64,000 nucleotides of DNA from the IMG/VR virus record IMGVR_UViG_3300042691_046823; one strand, 5' to 3'. The notes beneath the pieces were generated by a model, which was given only the letters and a program-made list of their open reading frames with translations, had not been told where the DNA came from and made no database searches. Below are positions 1-10,495 of this stretch, in pieces; the stretch's first letter is position 1, and each line of letters begins with the position of its first letter. The stretch is from a virus. Made by a program: the position numbers and the translations under genes.

Positions 1-2
1 AA

Positions 3-482
3 GATGGTCTTCAAGAAGTTTCAAAGACTGGAACAGGATTCATGCTTGTCAAGCGCCACGTGTTTGATAAACTTAATTCTCATCCTGCTGTGAAGCCTTT
101 CAACAACGATATAGGCTTGCCCAAGGAACTGGACAAGCATCTAAAGACTTACTATGATACCGCGGTGCGTGAGAATCGCTACTATTCGGAAGACTGGACT
201 TTCTGTGAAAATTGGCGTGATCTCGGCGGCAAGATCTGGGTGGACAAGCGTGTGTTGTTGCGTCATACCGGTAATTATGTGTTTGACTACGCCCAACAGC
301 AACCCTTGTATGAAGCCTTTGCCCGAGAATTTGGTACCAATGTCCAAGTAACTCCAGCCAGCCAGGCACCTGTTACTGCACCCACTGTGTTGAATACAAA
401 TCAACCCAGCGAAAGCACCAAAACACCTGCGGAAGACAAGAAACCGGCCGCTCGCAAAGCCAAAGCCGCCAAAACCAAATAA
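3..482 (+). CDS. Glycosyltransferase-like (GT-A) protein, 5'-truncated by the window edge
   Basis: Frame open from base 3; GTGFMLVKR...SEDWTFC...GGKIWVD...H motifs typical of GT2-like C-termini; low-complexity P/A/K tail. Confidence 0.6.
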   Translation, partial: DGLQEVSKTGTGFMLVKRHVFDKLNSHPAVKPFNNDIGLPKELDKHLKTYYDTAVRENRYYSEDWTFCENWRDLGGKIWVDKRVLLRHTGNYVFDYAQQQPLYEAFAREFGTNVQVTPASQAPVTAPTVLNTNQPSESTKTPAEDKKPAARKAKAAKTK

Positions 483-485
483 CGG

Positions 486-491
486 TAAATA
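486..491 (+). promoter_or_regulatory. T4-like late promoter core TAAATA
   Basis: TAAATA 5 nt before ATG 497; same hexamer recurs upstream of many genes (10775, 13638, 15117, 15453, 18233, 18648, 42288, 50858, 55560). Confidence 0.65.
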
Positions 492-496
492 CACTC

Positions 497-3400
497 ATGG
501 ATCTCCGTGAGTTAGAAAATTATCGTCTTTCAGACGCTGTAAAATTTAATGATCGTCTAAACCCCCGAATCTGGGGGCCAGACGAGCAGATGTTGCCACA
601 AGTGCGCGAACGTCTGCTGGCTATCGCAGACGACTTCCGCGAAAGCCTGGGCATAGGTGTCGAAGTCAAAGACATCACTGTGTCTGGCTCTAATGCAGCC
701 TATACATACACCCCTCATTCAGACATAGATCTTCATTTAGTCACAGACCTGCCCAGGGCTGATGACAGCGAAGTCTATCGTGAACTTTTTGATGCGAAGA
801 AATATCAGTACAACGATCAGCATGATTTCAAGATCGGTGGCTATGACGTAGAACTCTATGTGCAAGATGCCCGCAAACCACATCACAGCCAGGGCATATA
901 TTCAGTGTTGCATGACAAATGGGTGCGTGTTCCTAATCGTAGACAACCTGACGTAGATGACATTTCAGTCAAGAGCAAGTACGAAGATCTTGCATCACGT
1001 ATTGATCAGGCCATTGAATCCGGGGACCTCGATCGCATGGACAAGATGGCTACCAAGATACGTGAGCTCCGTCAGAGCGGATTGGACCAGCACGGTGAGT
1101 TTGGTCCGGAGAATCTGGCCTTCAAGGTGTTGCGAGGCAACGGCACCCTTGAACGACTGCGCAACGCACGCCTGCAGGCCAAAGATCAATTGATGAGTCT
1201 CAGCGAACGGAAAAAGAAACGTAGCAAGCGCCGTTGGGGATCATTTGGTGGATATTTTTATCCAGGCTTTGGATATGGCTCAACAGAAGGCAGCGATGCC
1301 GGTGGTGGTGGTGATGGCGGCGGCGAAAGCCGTGTCGAGGATTACGATCCCAATGATGAACCACCAGGTCCAGAATTCAAACCTGAAATGCCAGCAGGCA
1401 CTGTGTTAGTCAATGTCAGTGACGTGTATGATTGGTACAAGTTAGGCCAAGACATCAGTGACCTCAAGCACGCAGATCCTCGTGCCTACGGCAAAGGCGC
1501 TCCACAAACCGTTTTGAGTTTTGGGTCGGAACCCATAGAGCATCTCTACAAAAAGGATCTCGATCGGCTGGGCATGAAGACCTTGGACATTGATCGCAGG
1601 GCCAAGAACAAAGATCCCGAAGGTGCTTATCGCATGGATGAGGACCAAGGTGCTGAACACATGCTGGAGAGATTCATAGCCTTTGCCGCAGGACAATTGG
1701 GCATAGATCACATGCCCAAGATCAAGTTCCGCAGAGATCCAGCCTGGAGCGAACGCAACAACACATTTGGTCGTTACAAGCCCGAAGAAAATACTTTGTA
1801 TGTGAGCCTGGTCAATCGCCATCCTTTGGACATCATGCGCACCGTGGCCCACGAACTGGCACATCATCGCCAGAACGAAATCTCTCCTATGCCAGAACAC
1901 AGCGGTGACACTGGCAGTGACTGGGAAAACGAAGCCAATGCCGCTGCCGGTATCATCATGCGCCGTTACGCAGATCTCAATCCCGAATATTTTGGCAACC
2001 TTGATGAAGGTATCAAATCCAAGTTAGGTGCCTTGGCTGCCGCCGCCTGTGTAGCTGGCACGCCAGGTTGTGCTACCACAGGCACTGATGCCATACAAGG
2101 TGCCCAAGCCATTGGTCGTGCAATCCAGGCCACCAAGCCCTATGGCACTGCCAGCCGTGGAGATATCATCCGTGCTGGTGCCAAGGAAGAATTCCAACAA
2201 GCCATGAAAGATTGGATACGCAATGGACGGCAGGGTGCCAAACCATCGCCATCACCGGAACTGGTTGATCAATGGCGCCGAGAAGCACAGTCGGACATGC
2301 GGAAAGAGTCCATACAAACTCCCGTGGCCAAGAACCAAAAAGCACACGATGATTACTACAAGTTCTTGCATATGAAGGCCAATCTTGGGCGGCCCATGAC
2401 TCGACAAGAACAAGAATTCATCAAGACCTATAGACTGGCACAGCAGATGAGAAAGCAAGTGGCCGAGGCATCGGGCTACATCCCAACAGAAAAACAAAAG
2501 AATGATCCGCGTTTCAAGATGGCACTGACTGTGGATGTGCAACCTGGCCAGACAGGCAAGGAAGCCAACAAACTGGGACTGAAAACCGACAGCCAAGGTC
2601 GTCCGCAACTGTTGATGAAAAAATTAAACAATCTCCTGGAAGCAGTGAAACTGGATGAGAAATGCTGGGACGGTTATCAACAGCAAGGCATGAAGCGGAA
2701 GGGCAATAGGATGGTGCCCAACTGTGTGGAGATCGATGAGGAAGAGGATCTATTAGAAGTCAAGATGAATCCCACGTCTCTGGAAGACTGGGCGCGATCG
2801 CCCGAAGCCCAGGGTATCCGTGCCGGTTTCGAAGCGGAAATGATCTTCCGCAATACCAAGCGTGATGATGATGACGAGGAAATGGAGCCCGACTATGACG
2901 CAGATGAGCGTGCTTTTAGCGTGGCACAGGTAGTAGATTTCTTTGCCAATGACGACTATGGTTATGGCATGACACAACGCCAACAAGATCGTCTGGAAGA
3001 AAGACTAGATGAAACCTACATGGAATGGCGTGACAGTCAGATCATAGACGATTTTGGCAACGAAGCCGAAGATCTCGTACGCGAAGTGTTGTTAGATGAC
3101 ACACCCCTCAGCGACCGCATCTATGTATACCTCACAGACGCCCTACAGAAGTCCGACGAAGAAGCAGACAGGATCATAGCCGCTGGTTCGAAGGCGCCGA
3201 GTTTTACAAAAAATTCGGATCAAGAAGCCTACGCGGCTGAAAACTCAGACTACGAACAATATCTGGAGGCCGCTGATGCTGTAGACACAGAATTACAAGA
3301 GCAAGTGGAAGACAGCATACGCAGGCAAGATGGCTATTATGACACTGCCTTGGACAATTTCCGCGACAACTGGTCAGGTGATGATGATTCTTTCTTTTCG

Positions 3401-5191
3401 GATGTGGGTCTGCGCTGGATGAGCGACATCGCCAACGAATTTGGTCTGGATTGGCCTTACTACACCGGCAGTAGTCAAGGTGGCGGCGAACGCGACTGGG
3501 AAGACATTGGCAGCAGCTTGCAAAGCGCAGTGGATATGCCTGTCAAGGTCAGTTCTGGATATCATTCTGCCACCCGCCGAGATGATCGTTGGATCATCGA
3601 ACCTGATGGCAGCCTGGACCCCGACGATTACGAAGACATGGGATTAGAAATCGTATCTCCGCCCATGCCATTGCCAGAGACTTTGGACAAATTGAAAGCA
3701 GTGATTGAGTGGGGTAACAACGAAGCCGATGCTTACACTAACTCATCAACTGGTCTACACATGGGCATAAGCATACCCTATGTGGGTGGTGATGTTGACT
3801 ACGTGAAACTGGTGTTGTTCATGGGCGACGAATACATCCTGGACAAGTTTGGTCGTGCATCAAATACCTATGCGGCCTCGGCTATGAGCAAACTGCGCCA
3901 GAACATGGCCGGAGCCCGTAATCGTGGCGAACTAACAGAAGCCAAATTAGACCCCTTGGGTGCCTTGGAACTGGTTCAAAAGAATCTCATTGAGTTGGCT
4001 GCTCGTTACGTGCAGGATGGTGTAGGTCTCAGCAAATACACTTCGGCACACATCAAAGATGGCTATATTGAATTCCGCAGTCCTGGTGGTGATTATCTCA
4101 GCATGGAAAGCCGTGGCGAATATGACGACATAAAAAATACCATGTTGCGCTTTGCTCGAGCCATGCAGATCGCTGGTAGTCCTTCTTTGGAGCGACGAGA
4201 GTATGCTAAAAAATTATACAAATTGATCAGCCCAGGAGCTCAGGATGATGGATTGAAACTGTTCTCTGAATATGCCGCAGGAACCATTTCACCAGAACAG
4301 TTGAAAAAACAGTGGGCTGATGCTGTACTACAGAAAGAAATTCCTACCACAGGTAAAGAAGAATACGAAGTCTACCGTCGAGACAACAAAGACAGTCCCG
4401 ATGGAATTGTTGGCACATTCTATGCCACGGACTATGACAGTGCCTACGATCTGTTCTTGAGACAATACGGCAAGGACATCAACGAACTTGAAGTCCGTAT
4501 CAAACAGCCATGGTTTGATGTCAAAGACAGTTATGGCGATGTCTTTTTAACTGTGCGAGCTCGAGATATTGATCAAGCCACACAAAAAGTCCAAGCAGAA
4601 TATGGAGATCGATTGTCGGATGACTGGAAAGTATTCCGTAGACCCGACGAGACTCCAGAACCAAAAAACAAACTGAGCCCAAGAGCGCAGGTGGCCAAAC
4701 GATTAAAAGAACCCAAAGTAAGTCCAGAAGTGGCTGCAGACAATGCACAAGATTCCAAAGATTTACAAGCACGCATAGGCGAGCCGCAACCAGCCGGTGC
4801 TGTGAGAGACACCGGATACTACCGAGTGATCTGGCGTGAACGTCGCAACGGTCAAGAAGTTCAAGACAGCCTCAACGTAGATGCTGAGAATGCCAATGCT
4901 GCCATGGATCGTGTGCGTTCGGCTCTCCAGGCACAACGTCGCGACATCGTCAGCATCGAAGCCAATCCACAAGAACCTCCAGCCTGGCGACGCATGCGCG
5001 AATTTATTCCTGCATCAACACAACAGGAATTCTCTGGTCGGTGGCAGATACGCAATGCCAACACCAATGAAGTTCTACACACATTTGGTGGCATAGGCAA
5101 CAGCCAAGCCGATGCCAACAGAGTGGCACAGCGTTGGGCACAGCAGTCGCGGATCGATGATCCTTTGGAAGTAGTGCCGGAGATGAGATAA
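497..5191 (+). CDS. Polyvalent multi-domain protein: Pol-beta-type nucleotidyltransferase + zincin metallopeptidase + amidoligase (COOH-NH2 ligase)-like + small repeated modules
   Basis: GSNA...SDIDLH (NTase); TVAHELAHHRQ (HExxH); GFEAE, DGSL, LEIVSPP, TNSSTGLH, IEFRSPGG (amidoligase motifs). Confidence 0.75.
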   Translation: MDLRELENYRLSDAVKFNDRLNPRIWGPDEQMLPQVRERLLAIADDFRESLGIGVEVKDITVSGSNAAYTYTPHSDIDLHLVTDLPRADDSEVYRELFDAKKYQYNDQHDFKIGGYDVELYVQDARKPHHSQGIYSVLHDKWVRVPNRRQPDVDDISVKSKYEDLASRIDQAIESGDLDRMDKMATKIRELRQSGLDQHGEFGPENLAFKVLRGNGTLERLRNARLQAKDQLMSLSERKKKRSKRRWGSFGGYFYPGFGYGSTEGSDAGGGGDGGGESRVEDYDPNDEPPGPEFKPEMPAGTVLVNVSDVYDWYKLGQDISDLKHADPRAYGKGAPQTVLSFGSEPIEHLYKKDLDRLGMKTLDIDRRAKNKDPEGAYRMDEDQGAEHMLERFIAFAAGQLGIDHMPKIKFRRDPAWSERNNTFGRYKPEENTLYVSLVNRHPLDIMRTVAHELAHHRQNEISPMPEHSGDTGSDWENEANAAAGIIMRRYADLNPEYFGNLDEGIKSKLGALAAAACVAGTPGCATTGTDAIQGAQAIGRAIQATKPYGTASRGDIIRAGAKEEFQQAMKDWIRNGRQGAKPSPSPELVDQWRREAQSDMRKESIQTPVAKNQKAHDDYYKFLHMKANLGRPMTRQEQEFIKTYRLAQQMRKQVAEASGYIPTEKQKNDPRFKMALTVDVQPGQTGKEANKLGLKTDSQGRPQLLMKKLNNLLEAVKLDEKCWDGYQQQGMKRKGNRMVPNCVEIDEEEDLLEVKMNPTSLEDWARSPEAQGIRAGFEAEMIFRNTKRDDDDEEMEPDYDADERAFSVAQVVDFFANDDYGYGMTQRQQDRLEERLDETYMEWRDSQIIDDFGNEAEDLVREVLLDDTPLSDRIYVYLTDALQKSDEEADRIIAAGSKAPSFTKNSDQEAYAAENSDYEQYLEAADAVDTELQEQVEDSIRRQDGYYDTALDNFRDNWSGDDDSFFSDVGLRWMSDIANEFGLDWPYYTGSSQGGGERDWEDIGSSLQSAVDMPVKVSSGYHSATRRDDRWIIEPDGSLDPDDYEDMGLEIVSPPMPLPETLDKLKAVIEWGNNEADAYTNSSTGLHMGISIPYVGGDVDYVKLVLFMGDEYILDKFGRASNTYAASAMSKLRQNMAGARNRGELTEAKLDPLGALELVQKNLIELAARYVQDGVGLSKYTSAHIKDGYIEFRSPGGDYLSMESRGEYDDIKNTMLRFARAMQIAGSPSLERREYAKKLYKLISPGAQDDGLKLFSEYAAGTISPEQLKKQWADAVLQKEIPTTGKEEYEVYRRDNKDSPDGIVGTFYATDYDSAYDLFLRQYGKDINELEVRIKQPWFDVKDSYGDVFLTVRARDIDQATQKVQAEYGDRLSDDWKVFRRPDETPEPKNKLSPRAQVAKRLKEPKVSPEVAADNAQDSKDLQARIGEPQPAGAVRDTGYYRVIWRERRNGQEVQDSLNVDAENANAAMDRVRSALQAQRRDIVSIEANPQEPPAWRRMREFIPASTQQEFSGRWQIRNANTNEVLHTFGGIGNSQADANRVAQRWAQQSRIDDPLEVVPEMR

Positions 5192-5201
5192 GGAATTTGA
5201 A

Positions 5202-6086
5202 ATGAAAATAAAACAAATCATAAAAGAAGCCCCACAAGTACCAGCTGGTGTATTTGACAGAGTTATACAATATGTCTCTGGTCCAAATCTACCCAAGGTC
5301 AATGGAAACTATCGTCTCCAGGATGTAATGAAGCGTGTGCAAGAACTGACCAATGCAGTCAAGCAGGCACAAAGCCGCGGGCGTATTGATCCTAACAGCA
5401 CAGCATACAAACAGGTCATGGCCGAACTACAAAAGTGGGATCAGTGGCTCCAAGACAGCCAAGATTTGTCTAAATTTGGTAACGCAGGATCTCAATTAAC
5501 CAAAGAAGCCACCGGTGATGACTGGTATCCAGTTGCCAGTCAAGTTGGATCTAACGTTGGGGATGTGCTTCCTGAAGTGCCCGCAGATTTTAATCCAAAT
5601 GTTGCTCTCCGTAAAATTCAATTATTAACTCGAGAATTACGACGTATGGCAGGATTAAAATACGAAGAACGTGCTAAAATAGTTGCTGAAATTCGCCGCC
5701 TAGAAAATATGATGGCGTTGTATGCGGCTGCAAAGCCTCCTGAGCCACAGCCTGAAAGACCTGAACCTGACGAGGGTGATCCTTATACCATTTATACTGA
5801 CGTAGTTCGAGCAGGACAATTTGCGGCACACACACTCAAGGGTGCTAAGAACGCTGGTAAACGTGCAGTAATGCAACAAAAAGCACACACTTATGCACTG
5901 GTAACCAATAGTCAGCATGAGATAGTGTTTGTATGGTATCCAACTGATCATGATAATACATACAATGTTGGTGATACTTATCGTCCGCCAAAGCCAGGCA
6001 ACGGCCAGTGGCAAGGCGATACCCACAGTCCGCGTTACCCAGCTGGACATCCGCATGCCGGTGCTGTAATGCCACCTAAGATATAA
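5202..6086 (+). CDS. Hypothetical protein, probable internal virion protein
   Basis: 294 aa ORF with SD (AAGGA); N-terminus MKIKQIIKE resembles the leader family. Confidence 0.6.
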   Translation: MKIKQIIKEAPQVPAGVFDRVIQYVSGPNLPKVNGNYRLQDVMKRVQELTNAVKQAQSRGRIDPNSTAYKQVMAELQKWDQWLQDSQDLSKFGNAGSQLTKEATGDDWYPVASQVGSNVGDVLPEVPADFNPNVALRKIQLLTRELRRMAGLKYEERAKIVAEIRRLENMMALYAAAKPPEPQPERPEPDEGDPYTIYTDVVRAGQFAAHTLKGAKNAGKRAVMQQKAHTYALVTNSQHEIVFVWYPTDHDNTYNVGDTYRPPKPGNGQWQGDTHSPRYPAGHPHAGAVMPPKI

Positions 6087-6092
6087 AATAAC

Positions 6093-7217
6093 ATGCGAGC
6101 ACAAGAGTTTATCCTCGAAGACACAATGCCCGAACTGGAGTATGATCGCAGTTTCAACTACTCCGAAGAACGCAATGGTATAAAATTACGAGCCTGGATC
6201 GAAGAAGCAGGTAGATTAGAAATTTCAGCTTCAATTGATGACCAAGAAGTTGGCAGTGTGTCATTTATAAACCTTGGTGATCATTTACAAGCCAGCACAG
6301 CCGAAGTAAAACCAGAATACCGTCGTCGAGGCATTGCTCGAATGATGTACGATTTTGCTGAAGAACTGGGCAACGATATAGAACCCAGCCACGCACTCAC
6401 TGATCCGGGCAAAGCATTTTGGAGAAACAGAGATCCCGAAGCAGATATCGTTGAGTCAGTGGACTTTGAACAAATGCCAGCACAGCAGATCATAGCAGTA
6501 GCACAAGATGCGTTTGCCCAACTATACCCAGATGTCAAACTGTATGGTCGGTCGGTGGTAGAAGGTGTGGGATTGACCACAGCCAAAGGACAACAAGGTG
6601 CAGCCAGTGCGTTTGCTGGCAGTGATACTGTGCGTGGAGCATTTTATCTCACACTCAATGCCTATGCCGAAGGCGAGTCGATGATTGTTGTGATAGAAGA
6701 TGCCACAGCCGGTCAGTACAAAGGTGCTGCCACTGCTGTGATTAAATCTTTGTTTGCAGCCGGTGAAAGACTGTACAAAACACAAAATAGAGAATTAGTC
6801 GTCAACGACAATGCCAATGCGGAAGCATGGAGTGTGATTGCCGATCGTGTGGGTGCAGAGATGATGGAATCTCAGATGGTCGAATCTGAACAACCATCAA
6901 CACCAACGACAGCATATCATATCACTGGCCTTGAAAACGCAGAAGAAATCATGTACAAAGGATTGGACCCCCGCGATGGCAAAGCATTCTTAGTAGTAGA
7001 CGAGGGCAATCAAAAGAAGTTGCGTGACGAAATATATCAAGTGGCCGGTTGGATAGGAGCCAAAGCCTACGACTCGGATGAAGAGTTGACCTTGTTGCAA
7101 GTTGATATCACTGGGCTTCCACTGGAATACCAATATGGTTGGCACTTTTCAACTGTGCGAATTCCTCCCAATCGCATACGAGATTTGGGACCCGACACCC
7201 TTGCAAGGTACGTATAA
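6093..7217 (+). CDS. MRAQEF-leader polyprotein: GNAT acetyltransferase + C-terminal ART/Tpt1-like domain
   Basis: VKPEYRRRGIARMMY acetyl-CoA motif A; AYHIT...I...GL, LLQVD, IPPNRI pattern of ADP-ribosyltransferase-fold proteins. Confidence 0.65.
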   Translation: MRAQEFILEDTMPELEYDRSFNYSEERNGIKLRAWIEEAGRLEISASIDDQEVGSVSFINLGDHLQASTAEVKPEYRRRGIARMMYDFAEELGNDIEPSHALTDPGKAFWRNRDPEADIVESVDFEQMPAQQIIAVAQDAFAQLYPDVKLYGRSVVEGVGLTTAKGQQGAASAFAGSDTVRGAFYLTLNAYAEGESMIVVIEDATAGQYKGAATAVIKSLFAAGERLYKTQNRELVVNDNANAEAWSVIADRVGAEMMESQMVESEQPSTPTTAYHITGLENAEEIMYKGLDPRDGKAFLVVDEGNQKKLRDEIYQVAGWIGAKAYDSDEELTLLQVDITGLPLEYQYGWHFSTVRIPPNRIRDLGPDTLARYV

Positions 7218-7561
7218 TGAGAGCCTTGGAATTCATCATGACCGAAAACAAAGACCTTGCCAGTTTCCTGGCACAGAAGAGTCCCGTGGTCACCTTGCCT
7301 GCTGACAGTGCCCGGGCACAGATATTTTCACCCGCAGATCGTGCGGCCGTGGAACGCTTGGTGCCCGCAGTGCGTGGTCAAACCGATCACGAAGCATTGC
7401 AGGCCGGCAAAGAGTTGCTGGAAAAGTTCCTAAATCGCATCAAAGTGGGAGAGCCTCTGCCTCGCCAGGATCTCCGAGTGACGCAAGGGCTTTACGACAT
7501 CATCCGGCGACACACTGACCGATATGACTCATTCATGCGACAGCATGGTCTGGATGAATGA
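7217..7561 (+). CDS. MRALEF-leader hypothetical protein
   Basis: Start reassigned to ATG 7217 (TAATG overlap with upstream stop), giving MRALEFIMTE. Confidence 0.7.
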   Translation: MRALEFIMTENKDLASFLAQKSPVVTLPADSARAQIFSPADRAAVERLVPAVRGQTDHEALQAGKELLEKFLNRIKVGEPLPRQDLRVTQGLYDIIRRHTDRYDSFMRQHGLDE

Positions 7562-8140
7562 ATGAGAGCCCAGGATTTTATCTCCGAAGTCAACTATCCT
7601 GACGAACTCACAGTCAGCGATAGGATCCAAAACTATTTCTACCAGCGTGGCTATGACTTGGCCGGCGAAGGACGTGATCAGATGGCTTTTGAAAGTCCTA
7701 GAGGAACCATCGTCAAAGTGCTGGGCACAGGAGATATGGAACGTGAAGACATAGTCAAGAACTATGTTCGCTTCTTTGAAAAGAATCAACGGAATCCCTA
7801 CTATCCCAGGATCTACAACTCGGGCAATTTCACCGTAGATGGTGAAACTTACTTTGTGTATGAAATGGAACGAGTAAACTATGTGGCCAACGAAGAAGCA
7901 ACCCTGGACTACATAGAAAAACTAATGAGTGCTGTAGACCGCGAACAGGGCGAGCAGTTTTTACAACGTAATCCTGTGCCTGCAGAGATGAACGAGGAAG
8001 AAATATTTGGACTGATACAAGCCACCGAAGACATGATACAGGTCTTGGGCGGACAGGCACCTTTGGACTTGTCAGCCGTAGAAAATCTTGGCCGTAGGAA
8101 TAATGGCCATCTTGTTATAGTGGATCCCTACAGCCTATGA
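7562..8140 (+). CDS. MRAQDF-leader protein-kinase-like enzyme
   Basis: Gly-loop AGEGRDQMAF, VKV lysine, YEMERV hinge, DL...N catalytic loop, IVDP metal-binding Asp. Confidence 0.6.
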   Translation: MRAQDFISEVNYPDELTVSDRIQNYFYQRGYDLAGEGRDQMAFESPRGTIVKVLGTGDMEREDIVKNYVRFFEKNQRNPYYPRIYNSGNFTVDGETYFVYEMERVNYVANEEATLDYIEKLMSAVDREQGEQFLQRNPVPAEMNEEEIFGLIQATEDMIQVLGGQAPLDLSAVENLGRRNNGHLVIVDPYSL

Positions 8141-8718
8141 GAGCAAAAGATTTTATATCCGAAGTGAAGATACTCAACAAAGTCAAAGGCAAAGGCGATC
8201 AGCCCAGCATGTTGCCCAAGCGCGGCCAAGCCATACGTCCCAACGAAGAAACGCGATATCTCGGTCAACAAGTGGGCAAGATCGCAGGTTACCCTTTGTA
8301 TCGAGACTATCTGGGTGGACAGGTCAGTTACCAACTGTTTGATCCCAAAAGCCGTACCGTGATCGTGGTGGCCTTTGGCAGCCGATATAAAGGCAACCCC
8401 AACTCACTGATCGTGGCCGGGCTCTATGCGGCACCGGGCAATCCCGTGCGTGCCGCCAAGTTCTATCGTGGTCTCATCTTGGATCAAGGCCTGACCTTGA
8501 TATCAGATCGCAATCAGAGTCCCGGTGGTCAGCGTGTGTGGCAGCAGTTGGAAGGTTACCCTGACATCGAAGTCTATGGATATGACACGCAAACTGGTGA
8601 AATCTTAAACTTTGGCGCACGAGATGCAGAGATGTATGCTGTGCCCGCAGATGCCGCACGAAACCGCGAAAGTCGGTATATCGCACGCAACATAAGATTG
8701 GCGGCCACGAAAAAATGA
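8137..8718 (+). CDS. MRAKDF-leader protein, divergent GNAT-like
   Basis: LISDRNQSPGGQRVWQQL resembles the C-terminal motif of phage GNAT-like domains; ATGA overlap. Confidence 0.5.
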   Translation: MRAKDFISEVKILNKVKGKGDQPSMLPKRGQAIRPNEETRYLGQQVGKIAGYPLYRDYLGGQVSYQLFDPKSRTVIVVAFGSRYKGNPNSLIVAGLYAAPGNPVRAAKFYRGLILDQGLTLISDRNQSPGGQRVWQQLEGYPDIEVYGYDTQTGEILNFGARDAEMYAVPADAARNRESRYIARNIRLAATKK

Positions 8719-9425
8719 GAGCACAAGAGTTTGTAATCGAAGCCAAGCCCGGTGTGAACATCAACACTGCGAGATCCATTGCCGGCGACATACACGATCA
8801 TGTGTTAGATCTCAATGTCCATATGCGGCAGTATGGTAATGATCAACTTTTCCAGCGTCTCAGAGCCGAAACACAGGCCATGATGCAAGAACTCAATGAT
8901 CTTGGCTATGAATATGATCCTGGCAGTGCTGGATATCTCCGTCCTTTGACCATAGACTCCAAGTTACACGAAGCCCGGCACGCTGATGCCCGCACTGAGA
9001 TCGAAAACATGGCCACCATATTGCCGGGATCACCGGACGAATATTTCGTGCGCTTCACGGATCAAGACAAGGTGGGATTTTCAGCAAGACAACACTTTGG
9101 TCGCACTCCTGACATCGACGATCCTGACTTTGATCCGTTGTCACTGCCACGTCCGGGAGGTCGACCCGCACTGTGGTTTTATCCTCTGCGCACTTATCTA
9201 CAGGGTGGTGATCTGTTTGCCAGCCAGCATCCTTACACCTGGTTGGTACGCATACGCCCTGATGCTTGGTTGCAACGTGTGGGCCGAGACCAGAAAACTG
9301 ATGCGCCTCAAGGTAAGACACGAGTGGGCATGATACGACGTGATCAAGGTTTTCCCATAGCCATATTCTTCCGACCAGCCTTTGATGTGGTAGATCGCTG
9401 GTATCAAAAAAACCAAACAAATTAA
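8715..9425 (+). CDS. MRAQEF-leader hypothetical protein
   Basis: 236 aa ORF, ATGA overlap, leader MRAQEFVIE, internal LHEA junction. Confidence 0.7.
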   Translation: MRAQEFVIEAKPGVNINTARSIAGDIHDHVLDLNVHMRQYGNDQLFQRLRAETQAMMQELNDLGYEYDPGSAGYLRPLTIDSKLHEARHADARTEIENMATILPGSPDEYFVRFTDQDKVGFSARQHFGRTPDIDDPDFDPLSLPRPGGRPALWFYPLRTYLQGGDLFASQHPYTWLVRIRPDAWLQRVGRDQKTDAPQGKTRVGMIRRDQGFPIAIFFRPAFDVVDRWYQKNQTN

Positions 9426-9473
9426 CCTGCTGTTTGCTATCCTGATAAACACATATATTCAACAGGGTCAAAG

Positions 9474-10052
9474 ATGAAAAAAATAGCCATCACTGGTCAC
9501 ACATCGGGCATTGGACGTGGGTTGACACAGGCACTGTCTGCCAAAGGACACAGCGTGATTGGCCTCAGCAGGACCAATGGCGGCGACATCAGTCAGATTG
9601 ATAAAATATTACCTTTGATCTTAGACTGCGATATTTTTATAAACAATGCACAACAAGATTTCAATCAGACTGATTTGTTGTATGCAGTTTGGGATCACTG
9701 GCGAACTTTGCCTAACAAACATATCTGGTGTATGAGCAGTATGATGACACTATATAGCACCCAAAACAATAGAGATGATGCATCGTCCGTGCAGGCCAGC
9801 AGATATCGTAATCAAAAAATTTCATTGGAAGACGCTTGTTTTGAATTACAGGCCAAATCAGCCTGGCCGGATATCGTGGTGATGCGCCCTGGGCCCGTTG
9901 ACACACCGGGTTGCACCAACCCACAAACCACTTGCGCACATGTAGACACCTGGTGCGAAACCATGTTGGACATAATCAGACTTACCGAAAGTCGTAATTT
10001 ACGCATCAGAGAAGTCAGCCTCAAAGGAATAGGGCAAGGCATAACTATATAA
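9474..10052 (+). CDS. Short-chain dehydrogenase/reductase
   Basis: ITGHTSGIG Rossmann motif, NNA, YxxxK (YRNQK). Confidence 0.8.
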   Translation: MKKIAITGHTSGIGRGLTQALSAKGHSVIGLSRTNGGDISQIDKILPLILDCDIFINNAQQDFNQTDLLYAVWDHWRTLPNKHIWCMSSMMTLYSTQNNRDDASSVQASRYRNQKISLEDACFELQAKSAWPDIVVMRPGPVDTPGCTNPQTTCAHVDTWCETMLDIIRLTESRNLRIREVSLKGIGQGITI

Positions 10053-10072
10053 AATCAGCAGGAGATCACGCC

Positions 10073-10495
10073 ATGTCACCTTACAACCAGAGACGTATAG
10101 TCGGTTACACCGGTATCGCATTTTTGTTAGCTATACTGCTTACAGGTTGTGCCCTGTTTCCATCTATGTTTGATGCCAATGAACATGCTCGCATAGTCAA
10201 CATACACGTGGCTGCCATCGATGATTCCGTATGCAATCGGAGAGAAGCAGCCGCACCTGTGGCACAACAGATGTATCAGGACGCTCGTTGGGTCTGGCAC
10301 TATGGACAGCATCTATCGGACAACGAAAAGATGACCAAGATGGAATTGGAACTCATGCAGATCACCAAGGAACTCGCAGACAGGTACGAGAGCACTGCCA
10401 CAGTGAGCGTATTCTACTGCAAGAACAAGTTTGAAAACATCCGTCTTGCCACGGATACCATAATGAAAGTTTCGGCCCGGAGACCCAGATCATGA
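10073..10495 (+). CDS. Putative lipoprotein
   Basis: Hydrophobic signal ending in lipobox LLTGC; SD AGGAG. Confidence 0.65.
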   Translation: MSPYNQRRIVGYTGIAFLLAILLTGCALFPSMFDANEHARIVNIHVAAIDDSVCNRREAAAPVAQQMYQDARWVWHYGQHLSDNEKMTKMELELMQITKELADRYESTATVSVFYCKNKFENIRLATDTIMKVSARRPRS

